From contig CAWCKH010000004.1 of assembly GCA_963796055.1 (NCBI GenBank), forward strand, positions 2,240,001-2,304,000: a stretch of 64,000 nt of DNA, in the 5' to 3' direction. The notes under the pieces are model-generated. The model was not told where the DNA came from. It ran no database searches and worked only from the letters and a program-made list of their open reading frames with translations. Made by a program: the position numbers and the translations under genes. This DNA is from an uncultured delta proteobacterium (GTDB taxonomy: Bacteria > Myxococcota > Myxococcia > Myxococcales > Myxococcaceae). How positions within the stretch are numbered: the first letter of the stretch is position 1; every line of letters begins with the position of its first letter. This document shows, piece by piece, positions 16,514 through 25,845 of this stretch.

Positions 16514-19500
16514 CTAGCGCCGCCCGAAGAGCCGCTTCAGCCCACCGAGCACGCCGGTCTCCTGCTTCGGCGGTGCCGCGGGCGTCTCGGGTTCCGACGG
16601 CACCCGCTGCGGAGGCGGGGTCTCCGCCTCGGCCGTCGGGGCCGGCATCTGCAGCTCCAGCTGCTGCCGTTTCCCGGCCGGGTTCGTCGCCGCGGCGCGG
16701 AGCACACCGTCGGTGTCGAGTGACAGGTGGAGCGTCCAGTCCCCGGCGCGATCGGCCGGAGCGCGCAGCAGCCCGAGGAAGCTCCGGGGATCCGGGGCGC
16801 GGGCGCTGCCCTGGAAGACCTGTATTTCCAGCGGCGCGCCCAGCCCCAGGGTGAGGGTGAGCGTCTTCTCCGCGGGAAGCCGGGTGTTGCGGTCCAGCAC
16901 CCGGACCTGCCCCAGCTCGGGGGCGATGATCTCCAGCGGCAGCCCGAGCACCTCGTGCAGCGCGGTGCGCGAGGCGCTCTTGGGCCCTGCGGCCATCAGG
17001 AGGTGGGCGAGGGTGGCCGCGCCGGTCGACACCGCCGCGCCCCCGTCGACGTCGGTGCGCGCGGGCCGCCCCATCGCCTCCTCGATCATCCGCCGCACGT
17101 GCGGAAGCCGGGTGGGGGGCCCCACCAGCACCAGCTCGTCGAGCGACTCCGGGGCCAGCGAGGCCGAGCGGAGCACCTCGCGGGCAAGCAGCACCCCGCG
17201 CTCGACCAGTGCCGTGGTCCGGGCCTCCAGCTCGGCGCGGCTCAGCCGGACCCCCTCTGCGCTCGCCTCGGCGACCGAGGCATCCTCGAGCTGCGTTCTC
17301 AGGTGCGCCGCCTCGCCGATGCGCTTGCGGAGCACCCCGGCATCCGCACGCGCGCCCTTGTCCAGGGCGAGCGCGATCTGCTCGTCGAAGTTCACCGACC
17401 CGAGCGAGGCGTCCCCGCCGCAGGCCACCATGTCCAGGTCGTCGCCGGAGGCGGCGAGCACGGCGATGTCGCAGGTGCTCGCGCCCATCCGGAAGACCAG
17501 GATGCGGCGGCGCGCCAGCCCCCGCCCGTGGGCGAAGGCCATCGTGGCCGCGGTGGGTGCCTGCACCAGCCGCACGCCCTCGAAGCCGGCGCGCTCGGCG
17601 GCCTCCCGGAGGCGCTCTCGCTGGAGGGTGTTGAAGGCCACGGGGACGGTGAGCACCACCCGTCCCGGCTGGTGCGAGGTGAGCTCCTCGGCGCGATGAC
17701 GCACCCAGCGGAGCAGGGTGGCGACGAGCTCGGTCGCGCCCACCGTTCCTCCCTCGAGCGCGAAGGCGGACTCGCCACGGTCGTCGGGCACCAGCGCCGC
17801 CGGCCAGCGCCGGGCGACGGTGCGCGAGGCGTCGGAGTCCGCCCGGGTTCCGAGGAACGGCACCGGGGCCCCCACCCAGAGCGGCACGTCGGGCGCCTCG
17901 GGGGGGAGCATCCTCGGCGGCGCGCCGGGCTCGCGCACCAGCCGGACGAGGACCTCGGGACTTCCCCGGGCCTGGTCCAGGAGGAGTGGCTCGGCGCGGC
18001 CGTCGTGGAACCAGGAGACGCGGACCGACTCGGGGTTGATCTCGATCCCGAGCTCGGTGGTGCCGGCTGGCGCCGTGCGCACGGGGGCGGGAGCGGTCGG
18101 GAGCGCCGGAGTCGCCGTGGGCGCAGCCATGGCTCCGCGTGCCTCGAGCGGAGCGACCGCGGCGGATGCCTCCGTCGGTGGCACGAGCGAGAGCGGTGAG
18201 CCCGGCGGGGCGGGCTCGGGCGCCGCGGCGTGCGGAAGTTCGGCGCCGGGCTCGATCCGCACTGCCCCCTCCTCGGGGATGGGGGCCTCGTCCAGCGGGG
18301 GTGGCGGTGGAGGGACCGGCACCTCCTCCGGTCCGGCGGTCTCCATCGACGGGAGGAGCGGGATGGGGGCGGTGGGCCGGTCGTGGATCGACGCGGATTC
18401 TGCCAGCGAGCGGGCGACGTCGTGGAACGACGACTCGGGAACGTGCAGAGGCTCGTCCTCGCGCACCGGCGCATCGAGCTGGAACCGCGGCGGCGGCTCG
18501 GGTGGCGGTTCGTCGAGCTCGGTGACGATCAGCGTCCCCGCCGGCGGGGTGATGGCGGCGTGGACGTCGGCCGAGGCGCGGGTGTGCTCGAGCCCCGCCG
18601 GGCGGCGCGGGCCCGGGCCGGTGAACTCGGTGACGACCAGCTCCGGCACCTCCAGGTCGTCGAGCGGAGGATGGGGCCCGGCGATGCCCGTGCGCGGCGG
18701 CGCCGGAGCGGGGGTGGAGACCGACACGGCTGCGGATGTCTCGGGCGGTGACTCGGCTTCAGCCGTCACCCCATCCTGTGAATCCGCGGTGTCGAACGTC
18801 TCGGCGGCCCTCGCCCGGTCCCTCGCGGCGGACCACGCCTCCAGCGAGGTGTCCTCGAGCGTGCCGGCCCCCTCGTCCGAGCTCGGAGGGGTGGGTGCCT
18901 CGTCAGCGTGGGCCGACAGGCGCGTGGCGGGCTCCATGCTCGGCTCGCCCGGTGGTGCAGGAGGAAGCTCCGCCGGCGCTCCAGAGACGTCCGACCCCGT
19001 CGCCTCTTCTGTCTCCGCCGGGCCCTCGGCGGCCTCGGCCGGGCCCTCGACGGTTTCGGCCGGCATCTCGGCGGCCTCGGCCGGGCCCTCGGCGGCCTCG
19101 GCCGGGCCCTCGGCGGCCTCGGCCGGGCCCTCGGCGGCCTCGGCCGGGCCCTCGGCGGCCTCGGCCGGGCCCTCGGCGGCCTCGGCCGGGACCTCGACGG
19201 TTTCGGCCGGCATCTCGGCGGCCTCGGCCGGGACCTCGGCGGTCTCGGGCGCCGCCTCGACGGTTTCGGCCGGCATCTCGGCGGCCTCGGCCGGGACCTC
19301 GGCGGTCTCGGGCGCCGCCTCGACGGTTTCGGCCGGCATCTCGGCGGCCTCGGCCGGGACCTCGGCGGTCTCGGGCGCCGCCTCGACGGTTTCGGCCGGC
19401 GCCTCGGCGGCCTCGGCCGGGACCTCGGCGGTTTCGGGCGCCGCCTCGACGGTTTCGGCCGGCGCCTCGGCGGCCTCGGCCGGGACCTCGGCGGTCTCGG

Positions 19501-20134
19501 GCGCCGCCTCGACGGTTTCGGCCGGCGCCTCGGCGGCCTCGGCCGGGACCTCGGCGGTCTCGGGCGGGGCCTCGGCGGTCTTGGCCGGCGCCTCGGACAC
19601 CTCCTCCGGCGAGACCTCCTCGGGCTCCTCGGTCCGTGACTCGGGAACGGGGCCGGGGCGGGCTGGCGCGGAGGGCCCCGGGCGCGCCGGTGCGGCGGGC
19701 GGCGCCCAAGCCTCGGGATGGGCCGGCCGGGAAACGGCGTCGCGGGGCGGGGTGACCCGGGCGGCGCTCGGTCCGGCCGGCGCGGCCCAGGCGCTCGGGT
19801 GGGCGTGGGTCTCGGGCGGCGCACTGCCCGTTGCCGCGCGGCCGGAGAGGATGCGCTCCACCAGCGCCTTGCCCGCGGCCTCCAGGCGGACGAAGCGCAA
19901 GGTCATCCCGGGCCGTTCGCCGGAGGCGTTGGACCGGACCACCACACCCTCGCCGCGGAGGAGCGACCGGCCGTCGGCGAGGATCAGGTCGAACAGGAGC
20001 TGGGCGCCCACGGGCTTCGGCGCCTTCGTCGCGAGGAAGAAGCCGTCACGGCCCACGTGGGCGCCGTAGTGGGCGACGAACTCGTCCTCGCTGCGGAAGG
20101 GCAGCCGGACGCGGAGCGGCGTCGGCGCGGACAT
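16514..20134 (-). CDS. TIGR02266/PilZ-like N-domain, acidic repeat linker and degenerate Hsp70-like domain (about 1206 aa)
   Basis: N-terminal EDEFVAHY...GFFLATKAPKPVG...GEGVV...GMTLRF. C-terminal VLTVPVAFNTLQR..AG, PTAA and LVLVGPPTRLP. Ends in GGLKRLFGRR. Confidence 0.85.
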   Translation of the reverse strand: MSAPTPLRVRLPFRSEDEFVAHYGAHVGRDGFFLATKAPKPVGAQLLFDLILADGRSLLRGEGVVVRSNASGERPGMTLRFVRLEAAGKALVERILSGRAATGSAPPETHAHPSAWAAPAGPSAARVTPPRDAVSRPAHPEAWAPPAAPARPGPSAPARPGPVPESRTEEPEEVSPEEVSEAPAKTAEAPPETAEVPAEAAEAPAETVEAAPETAEVPAEAAEAPAETVEAAPETAEVPAEAAEAPAETVEAAPETAEVPAEAAEMPAETVEAAPETAEVPAEAAEMPAETVEAAPETAEVPAEAAEMPAETVEVPAEAAEGPAEAAEGPAEAAEGPAEAAEGPAEAAEGPAEAAEMPAETVEGPAEAAEGPAETEEATGSDVSGAPAELPPAPPGEPSMEPATRLSAHADEAPTPPSSDEGAGTLEDTSLEAWSAARDRARAAETFDTADSQDGVTAEAESPPETSAAVSVSTPAPAPPRTGIAGPHPPLDDLEVPELVVTEFTGPGPRRPAGLEHTRASADVHAAITPPAGTLIVTELDEPPPEPPPRFQLDAPVREDEPLHVPESSFHDVARSLAESASIHDRPTAPIPLLPSMETAGPEEVPVPPPPPPLDEAPIPEEGAVRIEPGAELPHAAAPEPAPPGSPLSLVPPTEASAAVAPLEARGAMAAPTATPALPTAPAPVRTAPAGTTELGIEINPESVRVSWFHDGRAEPLLLDQARGSPEVLVRLVREPGAPPRMLPPEAPDVPLWVGAPVPFLGTRADSDASRTVARRWPAALVPDDRGESAFALEGGTVGATELVATLLRWVRHRAEELTSHQPGRVVLTVPVAFNTLQRERLREAAERAGFEGVRLVQAPTAATMAFAHGRGLARRRILVFRMGASTCDIAVLAASGDDLDMVACGGDASLGSVNFDEQIALALDKGARADAGVLRKRIGEAAHLRTQLEDASVAEASAEGVRLSRAELEARTTALVERGVLLAREVLRSASLAPESLDELVLVGPPTRLPHVRRMIEEAMGRPARTDVDGGAAVSTGAATLAHLLMAAGPKSASRTALHEVLGLPLEIIAPELGQVRVLDRNTRLPAEKTLTLTLGLGAPLEIQVFQGSARAPDPRSFLGLLRAPADRAGDWTLHLSLDTDGVLRAAATNPAGKRQQLELQMPAPTAEAETPPPQRVPSEPETPAAPPKQETGVLGGLKRLFGRR
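19007..19594 (-). repeat. In-frame 21-bp tandem repeat, about 28 units, with a 63-bp higher-order period
   Basis: Heptapeptides EVPAEAA/E(A/M)PAETV/EAAPETA as a triplet about five times, then EGPAEAA five times. Confidence 0.95.
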
Positions 20135-20177
20135 GGAAGGGCTCAAAGATGCCCCGAATCCGCGCGCTTCCCAAATC

Positions 20178-22853
20178 CTAGGCCCGGACCGAGGCCACGA
20201 GCTTCTCCACCGCGGCACCCAGGAGCGCCGGGTCCGCACCGCCGGCCTGGGCCAGGTCCGGCTTCCCGCCCCCCGAGCCGCCAGCCACCCTGGCCACCTC
20301 CCGGATGGCCTCGGCGGCGCTGAACCCGCGGGCGACGATGTCCTTGGTCGCCCCCACCAGGACCAGGCCCTTGCCGTCCTTCTCACCCCAGACCACGACC
20401 ACCCCGGACTGGAGCTTGTCCCGGAACTGGTCCGCGAGGGCGCGGTAGGCCTTGGCATCGGCGGGGTCCACCCGGTGCGCCAGCACCTTGACCCCGTTCA
20501 CCTCGCGGGCCTCGGAGAGGACGTCCTTGCTGCTCGCGGCGGACGCGCGCCGGGCGGCGGTCTCTACTTCCTTCTCCAGCTCCTTGACCCGCTTCTGCGT
20601 CGCCTCCACCCGGCGGACGAGCTCCTTGGGCGAGGTGCGGAGCAGCTCGGCGGCGCGCCGGACCTCGTGCTCCAGCTCGCGGACCCAGGCCACCGCCCCC
20701 AGTCCGGTCAGGGCCACGATGCGCCGGACGCCCGAGGCAATGCCGCCCTCGGAGGTGATCTTGAACAGGCCGATGTCCCCGGTCCGGCGGACGTGCGTCC
20801 CACCGCAGAGCTCGGTGGACTGCGGGTGCACGCTCACCACCCGGACCCGCTCGCCGTACTTCTCCCCGAACAGCGCCACCGCGCCGGCCTTCTTCGCCTC
20901 GTCGAGCGCCATCACCCGGGTCTCGGCGTCCTCGTTCTCGAGGATCCACCGGTTGACCATGTCCTCCACCTGCTCCAGCTGCTCGGGCGTGGGCGGCGAG
21001 AAGTGCGAGTAGTCGAACCTCAGGTAATCCGGGGCGACCACCGAACCGGCCTGCTTCACGTGCTCCCCGAGCACGATCTTCAGCGCCCGGTGCAGCAGGT
21101 GGGTGGCCGAATGGTTGGCCCGGATGGCGTTCCGCCGTTCCCCGTCGACCGAGAGTTGGACCATGTCCCCGACGCGCAGGGTCCCGCTGGTCACCTGCGC
21201 CTCGTGGACCACGAGGCCGGGCACCGGTCGCTTGGTGTCCACCACCTGGGCCTCGGCCTTGCCGCCGTGGCCGACGATGCCCCCGGTGTCGCCCACCTGC
21301 CCACCCGACTCGCCGTAGAACGGGGTCCGGTCGCTCAGGACCTCGCCGGTGTCGCCCGTGCGGAGCTCGGGCACCTCGCGCCCGTCCTTCACCAGCGCGA
21401 CGATCGTCCCCTCGCCCTCGTGGCCCTCGCCCTCGTAGCCGAGGAACACCGTGTCCCCGAGCCGGCCGTGGAGCGCCGGCCAGAGGTCCGCCACCGCCTT
21501 CTCGCCCGAGCCGCCGAAGGTGCCCCGCTGCCGCTGGGCCTCCATCAGCTCCTCGTAGCGGTCCAGGTCCACGTCGAACCCCCGCTCGCGGGCGATGATC
21601 TGGGTGAGGTCCCAGGGGAATCCGTGCGTGTCGTGGAGGAGGAACACCACGTCGCCGGAGAGGACCTTCGTTCCCTTCGCCCGGGCGATCTCCTCGTCGA
21701 TGAGGCGCAGGCCCCGGGCGAGCGTCCGGCGGAAGGACTCCTCCTCGTGCCGGGTGGCCTCGAGGACGAAGGCCTCGTTCTCTTGCAGCTCCGGGTAGGC
21801 GTCCCGCATCTGCTGGACGACCACCTTGACGACCGCGTGCAGGAACGGCTCCTCCAGCCCGAGCCTCGAGCCGTGGCGGATGGCCCGGCGCATGATGCGA
21901 CGGAGGACGTAGCCGCGGCCCTCGTTGGAGGGCTGCACGCCATCGGAGACCAGGAAGGCCGTGGCCCGGGCATGGTCGGCGATGACGCGCATCGAGGCAT
22001 CGTCCGCCGGGTCGCGCCCGTAGGTCTTGCCCGACAGCTCGCTGGCCCTCGCCAGCAGCGGGACGAAGAGGTCGGTGTCGTAGTTGCTCCGCTTGCCCTG
22101 CACCACCGCGGTCATCCGCTCCAGCCCAGCCCCGGTGTCGATGGACGGACGCGGCAGCGGCTCGAGCGGGCTGTCCTTCTCCTTCCGCTCGAACTGCATG
22201 AAGACCAGGTTCCAGATCTCCAGCCAGCGGTCGCACTCGCAGGCCACACCCAGGCAGGGGCGGCCGGCGGCCTCCTCGGGGCAGGGGAGGTCGTCGCCCT
22301 GGTGGTAGTGGATCTCGGAGCACGGACCGCAGGGCCCGGTGTCACCCATGGCCCAGAAGTTGTCCCTGTACCCGAGCCGGTGGATGCGCGACTCGGGCAG
22401 GCCGATGCGCTTCCAGAGCCGCGCCGCCTCCTCGTCCCAGGGGATGCCCTTCTCGCCGTTGAAGACGGTGGCGGCCAGCCGCGCCGGGGCGATGCCCAGC
22501 TCCCGGGTGACGAACTCCCAGGCGAAGGCGACGGCGTCCTCCTTGAAGTAGTCGCCGAAGGAGAAGTTCCCCAGCATCTCGAAGAAGGTGTGGTGGCGCC
22601 CGGTGAAGCCGACGTTGTCCAGGTCGTTGTGCTTGCCGCCGGCGCGCACGGACTTCTGCGACGATGTGGCGCGCTTGTACGGACGGGACTCGCGCCCGGT
22701 GAAGACGTCCTTGAATTGCACCATGCCGGCGTTGGTGAACAGCAGGCTGGGGTCGTCCGCCGGGACGAGCGAGCTGCTGGCCACGCGGCGATGACCCCGG
22801 CTCTCGAAGTAGGAGAGGAACGCTTCGCGGACCTGTGCAGCGGTGCGGACCAT
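20178..22853 (-). CDS. alaS: Alanine--tRNA ligase
   Basis: LLFTNAGMVQFK, HHTFFEMLGNFSFGDYFK, GPCGPCSEI, NHSATHLLH and ELCGGTH. Confidence 0.99.
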   Translation of the reverse strand: MVRTAAQVREAFLSYFESRGHRRVASSSLVPADDPSLLFTNAGMVQFKDVFTGRESRPYKRATSSQKSVRAGGKHNDLDNVGFTGRHHTFFEMLGNFSFGDYFKEDAVAFAWEFVTRELGIAPARLAATVFNGEKGIPWDEEAARLWKRIGLPESRIHRLGYRDNFWAMGDTGPCGPCSEIHYHQGDDLPCPEEAAGRPCLGVACECDRWLEIWNLVFMQFERKEKDSPLEPLPRPSIDTGAGLERMTAVVQGKRSNYDTDLFVPLLARASELSGKTYGRDPADDASMRVIADHARATAFLVSDGVQPSNEGRGYVLRRIMRRAIRHGSRLGLEEPFLHAVVKVVVQQMRDAYPELQENEAFVLEATRHEEESFRRTLARGLRLIDEEIARAKGTKVLSGDVVFLLHDTHGFPWDLTQIIARERGFDVDLDRYEELMEAQRQRGTFGGSGEKAVADLWPALHGRLGDTVFLGYEGEGHEGEGTIVALVKDGREVPELRTGDTGEVLSDRTPFYGESGGQVGDTGGIVGHGGKAEAQVVDTKRPVPGLVVHEAQVTSGTLRVGDMVQLSVDGERRNAIRANHSATHLLHRALKIVLGEHVKQAGSVVAPDYLRFDYSHFSPPTPEQLEQVEDMVNRWILENEDAETRVMALDEAKKAGAVALFGEKYGERVRVVSVHPQSTELCGGTHVRRTGDIGLFKITSEGGIASGVRRIVALTGLGAVAWVRELEHEVRRAAELLRTSPKELVRRVEATQKRVKELEKEVETAARRASAASSKDVLSEAREVNGVKVLAHRVDPADAKAYRALADQFRDKLQSGVVVVWGEKDGKGLVLVGATKDIVARGFSAAEAIREVARVAGGSGGGKPDLAQAGGADPALLGAAVEKLVASVRA

Positions 22854-22897
22854 GGAAGCCCTGCATATAACGTCTGCTAGGCTTCCGGCCTCACGCC

Positions 22898-23659
22898 GTG
22901 TGCGCCCACCCCCTCGCTCCTCCCGCCCGGCTGTTCCGCACGGTGGCGCTCGGGGCGGTGCTCCTCGGAGGGCCGGTGCGGGCCGACGCAGACCCCCGGA
23001 TCGTCTTCCTTGCCCGCCAGCTGGGCACGGCGACCGATCCTCGCGTCCGGGCCCAGGCCGCCCTCACCCTCGGCACGACCGAGGCCCCGGAGGCGCTCGG
23101 CCCTCTGTGCGGCGCGCTGGCGGACCCGGTGCCGCTGGTCCGCGCCGCGGCCGCCCGCTCGCTTCCGGAACTGCATGATCTCGGCGCCCTGGACTGCCTC
23201 ACCGCGCACGCCGCCGACACCTCCCCCGACTCACAGGGGGAGATCCGCCGGGCCCTTGCCCTTCTACAGAACGTGAAGGAGCGCGCGCCGGCGGTGGACG
23301 TCTGGGTGGGTCCGGTGCGCGACCGCTCCAGCCCGCCGCTCGGCGAGGTGCTCTGCGGCGAGGCCCGGACCCGGCTGGTGAAGCGGCTGACCTGGTCCGG
23401 GGCGCGAAGCGATGCGGTGGAGTCGGCGCTGAAGGCCAGCCGCGACACGCCGGCGTTCCTCCTCCAGCCCGCCTTGCTCCGGGGGGACGGCGGGGCGCTG
23501 GTCCTGGCGGCGGTGTGCCTCACCTGGCCGAGCAAGCAGATCCTCGGCGAGGTCCGGGTGAAGGGCACCGGCGGCACGCCCATGGACCTCATCCGCGCGC
23601 TCGTGCCCCGGCTCATCCAGGACGCGGCGAGCACCTTCGAGTGGGAACTGACTCCCTGA
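22898..23659 (+). CDS. HEAT-repeat protein, probably exported
   Basis: Signal-like leader; DPRVRAQAALTLG and LADPVPLVRAAAARSL. Start uncertain. Confidence 0.72.
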   Translation: MCAHPLAPPARLFRTVALGAVLLGGPVRADADPRIVFLARQLGTATDPRVRAQAALTLGTTEAPEALGPLCGALADPVPLVRAAAARSLPELHDLGALDCLTAHAADTSPDSQGEIRRALALLQNVKERAPAVDVWVGPVRDRSSPPLGEVLCGEARTRLVKRLTWSGARSDAVESALKASRDTPAFLLQPALLRGDGGALVLAAVCLTWPSKQILGEVRVKGTGGTPMDLIRALVPRLIQDAASTFEWELTP

Positions 23660-24366
23660 TGGAGACCACGATGGCCCCACGGCAGAGACGGCTGCGGAAC
23701 TACCTGCTCGACGCGCCGCTGCAGCTGCGCTTCACCGCGGTGCTGGTGCTGGCCACCCTGCTGGGAGCGGGGCTCCTCGGCATCTTCCTCGCCCGGGCGC
23801 TGAACCGGCTCTCCGAGCAGGCCGAGCGGGCGGTGGAGGCCCGCGCGGCAGCGGCGCAGGCCAGCCACGAGCTGGGGAACGCCTCGCTGTCGAAGACGCT
23901 GCTGGAGCGGTTCAACGACCCGGCGTTCACCGCCCAGCTCGAGCGGCAGTCGCGGGCCATCGACGCCGCGTACCAGGCCGAGCAGGCCCAGGTGGCCGAG
24001 CAGCGGCGCGACGTGGTGCGCGAGTCCGGACGCATCACCTGGCTGGTGTTCTTCTCGGTCGCGGTGTTCGCCCTGGCGGTGCTGCTGCTGGGCATCGTCC
24101 TCACCCACCGCATCGCCGGGCCGGTGTTCCGGGTGCGCCGGCTGCTGAGCGACCTGGGGGAAGGGCGGAGGGAGGTGCCGCGCCATGGCCTGCGCGACGG
24201 TGACGAGCTGCGGGAGCTGTTCGACGCCGCCTCGTCGCTGGTCAAGACGCTCCGCGCCGAGGACGAGGCAACCTTCGAGGCGGTGGCCTCGGCGCTGGGC
24301 GCGCCCGACCAGACGGAGGGGCTGCGGCGGGTGCATCACCGGCTGGCGGTGCGGCTCGGGCGCTGA
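23659..24366 (+). CDS. Two-TM HAMP-domain protein without an output domain
   Basis: TGATG overlap with the upstream gene; RRLRNYLLD..LQLRF, TM1, coiled coil, TM2, THRIAGPVFR...LRDGDEL. Confidence 0.8.
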   Translation: METTMAPRQRRLRNYLLDAPLQLRFTAVLVLATLLGAGLLGIFLARALNRLSEQAERAVEARAAAAQASHELGNASLSKTLLERFNDPAFTAQLERQSRAIDAAYQAEQAQVAEQRRDVVRESGRITWLVFFSVAVFALAVLLLGIVLTHRIAGPVFRVRRLLSDLGEGRREVPRHGLRDGDELRELFDAASSLVKTLRAEDEATFEAVASALGAPDQTEGLRRVHHRLAVRLGR

Positions 24367-24386
24367 GCAGGAACCACCGGGCGCCC

Positions 24387-25379
24387 TCAAGGGCCCGGAG
24401 CGGCCTCCTCGGGGATCTGCTCCCAGGAGAGGAGCGCGTGCAGCGGGACCAGCACCTCGGTGCCCTCCGCACCGAGGAGCAGATCGTACGGGCCCACCGA
24501 GAGGAGCGTGTCCTCGAGGGTGAACCCGTTGCGGAGCCCGAGCCGGACCCGCTGTCCGACCGCGGGGAGGAAGGGCCGGGGGTCCGAGTGCGGCCGCCGG
24601 TCGGGCTCCCGCGCCACCGGCACGGGCTTCTGGGCCAGCCGGGCGTCCCGCGGCAGCCGGGGAAGCAGCACGTCCCAGGTCGCCCGGCGCGCCACCGCGC
24701 ACACCGAGAGCTTCTCCACCCGTCCCGAGCGCTCCAGCACGAAGGCCACCGGGTGTGTGTTCAGCAGCACGTCGAGCAAGGTCCGGTCCGCCAGGACGAA
24801 GGCCAGCGGCACCTTCGCCGCGGCCGACTCGGAGAGCCAGCCGTCCACCCGCTCCGCGGACACCGCGCTGCGCGCCTCCTTCACCGTGGCCTTGGCGCGG
24901 GTCCGGGCCTGGCGGGCCCGGAACTGCTCGAGCGTCAGCCCCGACTGGAGCAGCCCGAACGCCTCGGCGAGGTCGACCCCCGCATGCTGGGCCATCAGCG
25001 CGTAGGCCTGATCGAACCGCTTGGCCTCCTCCTGGTGGAGCTTCCGCCACACCCGGGCGCGCATCTTCCCCTCCAGCTCGCCCTTGGCGATGCGGGCCGG
25101 GACGTGCTCCCGGGCGGCGAGCGCGTTGATGGCCTCGGGCGTCGGTGGCGTGGCCGGGCCCCGGGGGGCCGGACGGCCGTGCGGAGCACCTCCGGGGCGG
25201 AGCGGCGGACGCGGGGGGCGCGGCGCGGTGCCGGTGGGCCGCACCGGCGCCGATGTCGGCCCAGGCGTCGGCGTCGGCGCGGGCGTGGCGGTGGGCGTGG
25301 GGGATGGGGACGGCGTGGCAGGCGCGGGGCGCCGGACCACCTCCACCATCGGCGGACGCCGGCTCTTGCGGTCAGCCAT
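24387..25379 (-). CDS. Hypothetical protein with putative tandem Hfq/Sm-like domains
   Basis: Pro-rich N-terminus. C-terminal PFL..VGQRVRLGLRNGFTLEDTLLSVGPYDLLL...VLVPLHAL resembles the Sm1/Sm2 motifs. Confidence 0.6.
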   Translation of the reverse strand: MADRKSRRPPMVEVVRRPAPATPSPSPTPTATPAPTPTPGPTSAPVRPTGTAPRPPRPPLRPGGAPHGRPAPRGPATPPTPEAINALAAREHVPARIAKGELEGKMRARVWRKLHQEEAKRFDQAYALMAQHAGVDLAEAFGLLQSGLTLEQFRARQARTRAKATVKEARSAVSAERVDGWLSESAAAKVPLAFVLADRTLLDVLLNTHPVAFVLERSGRVEKLSVCAVARRATWDVLLPRLPRDARLAQKPVPVAREPDRRPHSDPRPFLPAVGQRVRLGLRNGFTLEDTLLSVGPYDLLLGAEGTEVLVPLHALLSWEQIPEEAAPGP

Positions 25380-25776
25380 CCCCGGGCTTCTCCAGGGGGG
25401 GAATGCTGACGCGCCAGTGCCCTGCCTCGTTCACCAGGTGCACCTCCTGCACGGCGCCGTGCCCGCTCACCGCCAGCACCGCGGTGCGCCCGTCGTCGGT
25501 GCGCACCGAGACCTGCCCCGCCGCGGGTGGCCTCGGGTCAGCCTGGAGGAGGTCCACTGGCGTCGGCCGGAGCGAGCCACCGCTGGCCTTCGCCAGCTCC
25601 TCGGAGCGGGCAGTGAGCGCGGTGCGGCTCCTCTCGGAGAGCAGGCCCAGGGTGCGCGCGTCGTCCTCGCGCTGCACCGCCGAGAGCAGGCTGCGGTAGG
25701 CGTCCGCCGGGGTGTCGTCCGGGTAGCGGTGGCAACCGGCGCTGGCCAGGAGCAGCAAGAGGAGAAGGCGGGGCAC
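25372..25776 (-). CDS. Small lipoprotein
   Basis: MPRLLLLLLLASAGC lipobox; C-terminal LVNEAGHWRV of NTF2-like type. Overlaps the downstream gene start. Confidence 0.75.
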   Translation of the reverse strand: MPRLLLLLLLASAGCHRYPDDTPADAYRSLLSAVQREDDARTLGLLSERSRTALTARSEELAKASGGSLRPTPVDLLQADPRPPAAGQVSVRTDDGRTAVLAVSGHGAVQEVHLVNEAGHWRVSIPPLEKPGDG

Positions 25777-25845
25777 GGCGGGGGCGCATCGTCCGGCAGG
25801 TGCGGCCCGGGCACAAGCGTCAAAACGCCCGGAGGGAGAGCGGGT

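Noticed and set aside
19007..19594. Regular repeat array as a CRISPR
   Set aside because: The units are contiguous 21-mers without unique spacers, lie in frame inside a CDS, and there are no cas genes.
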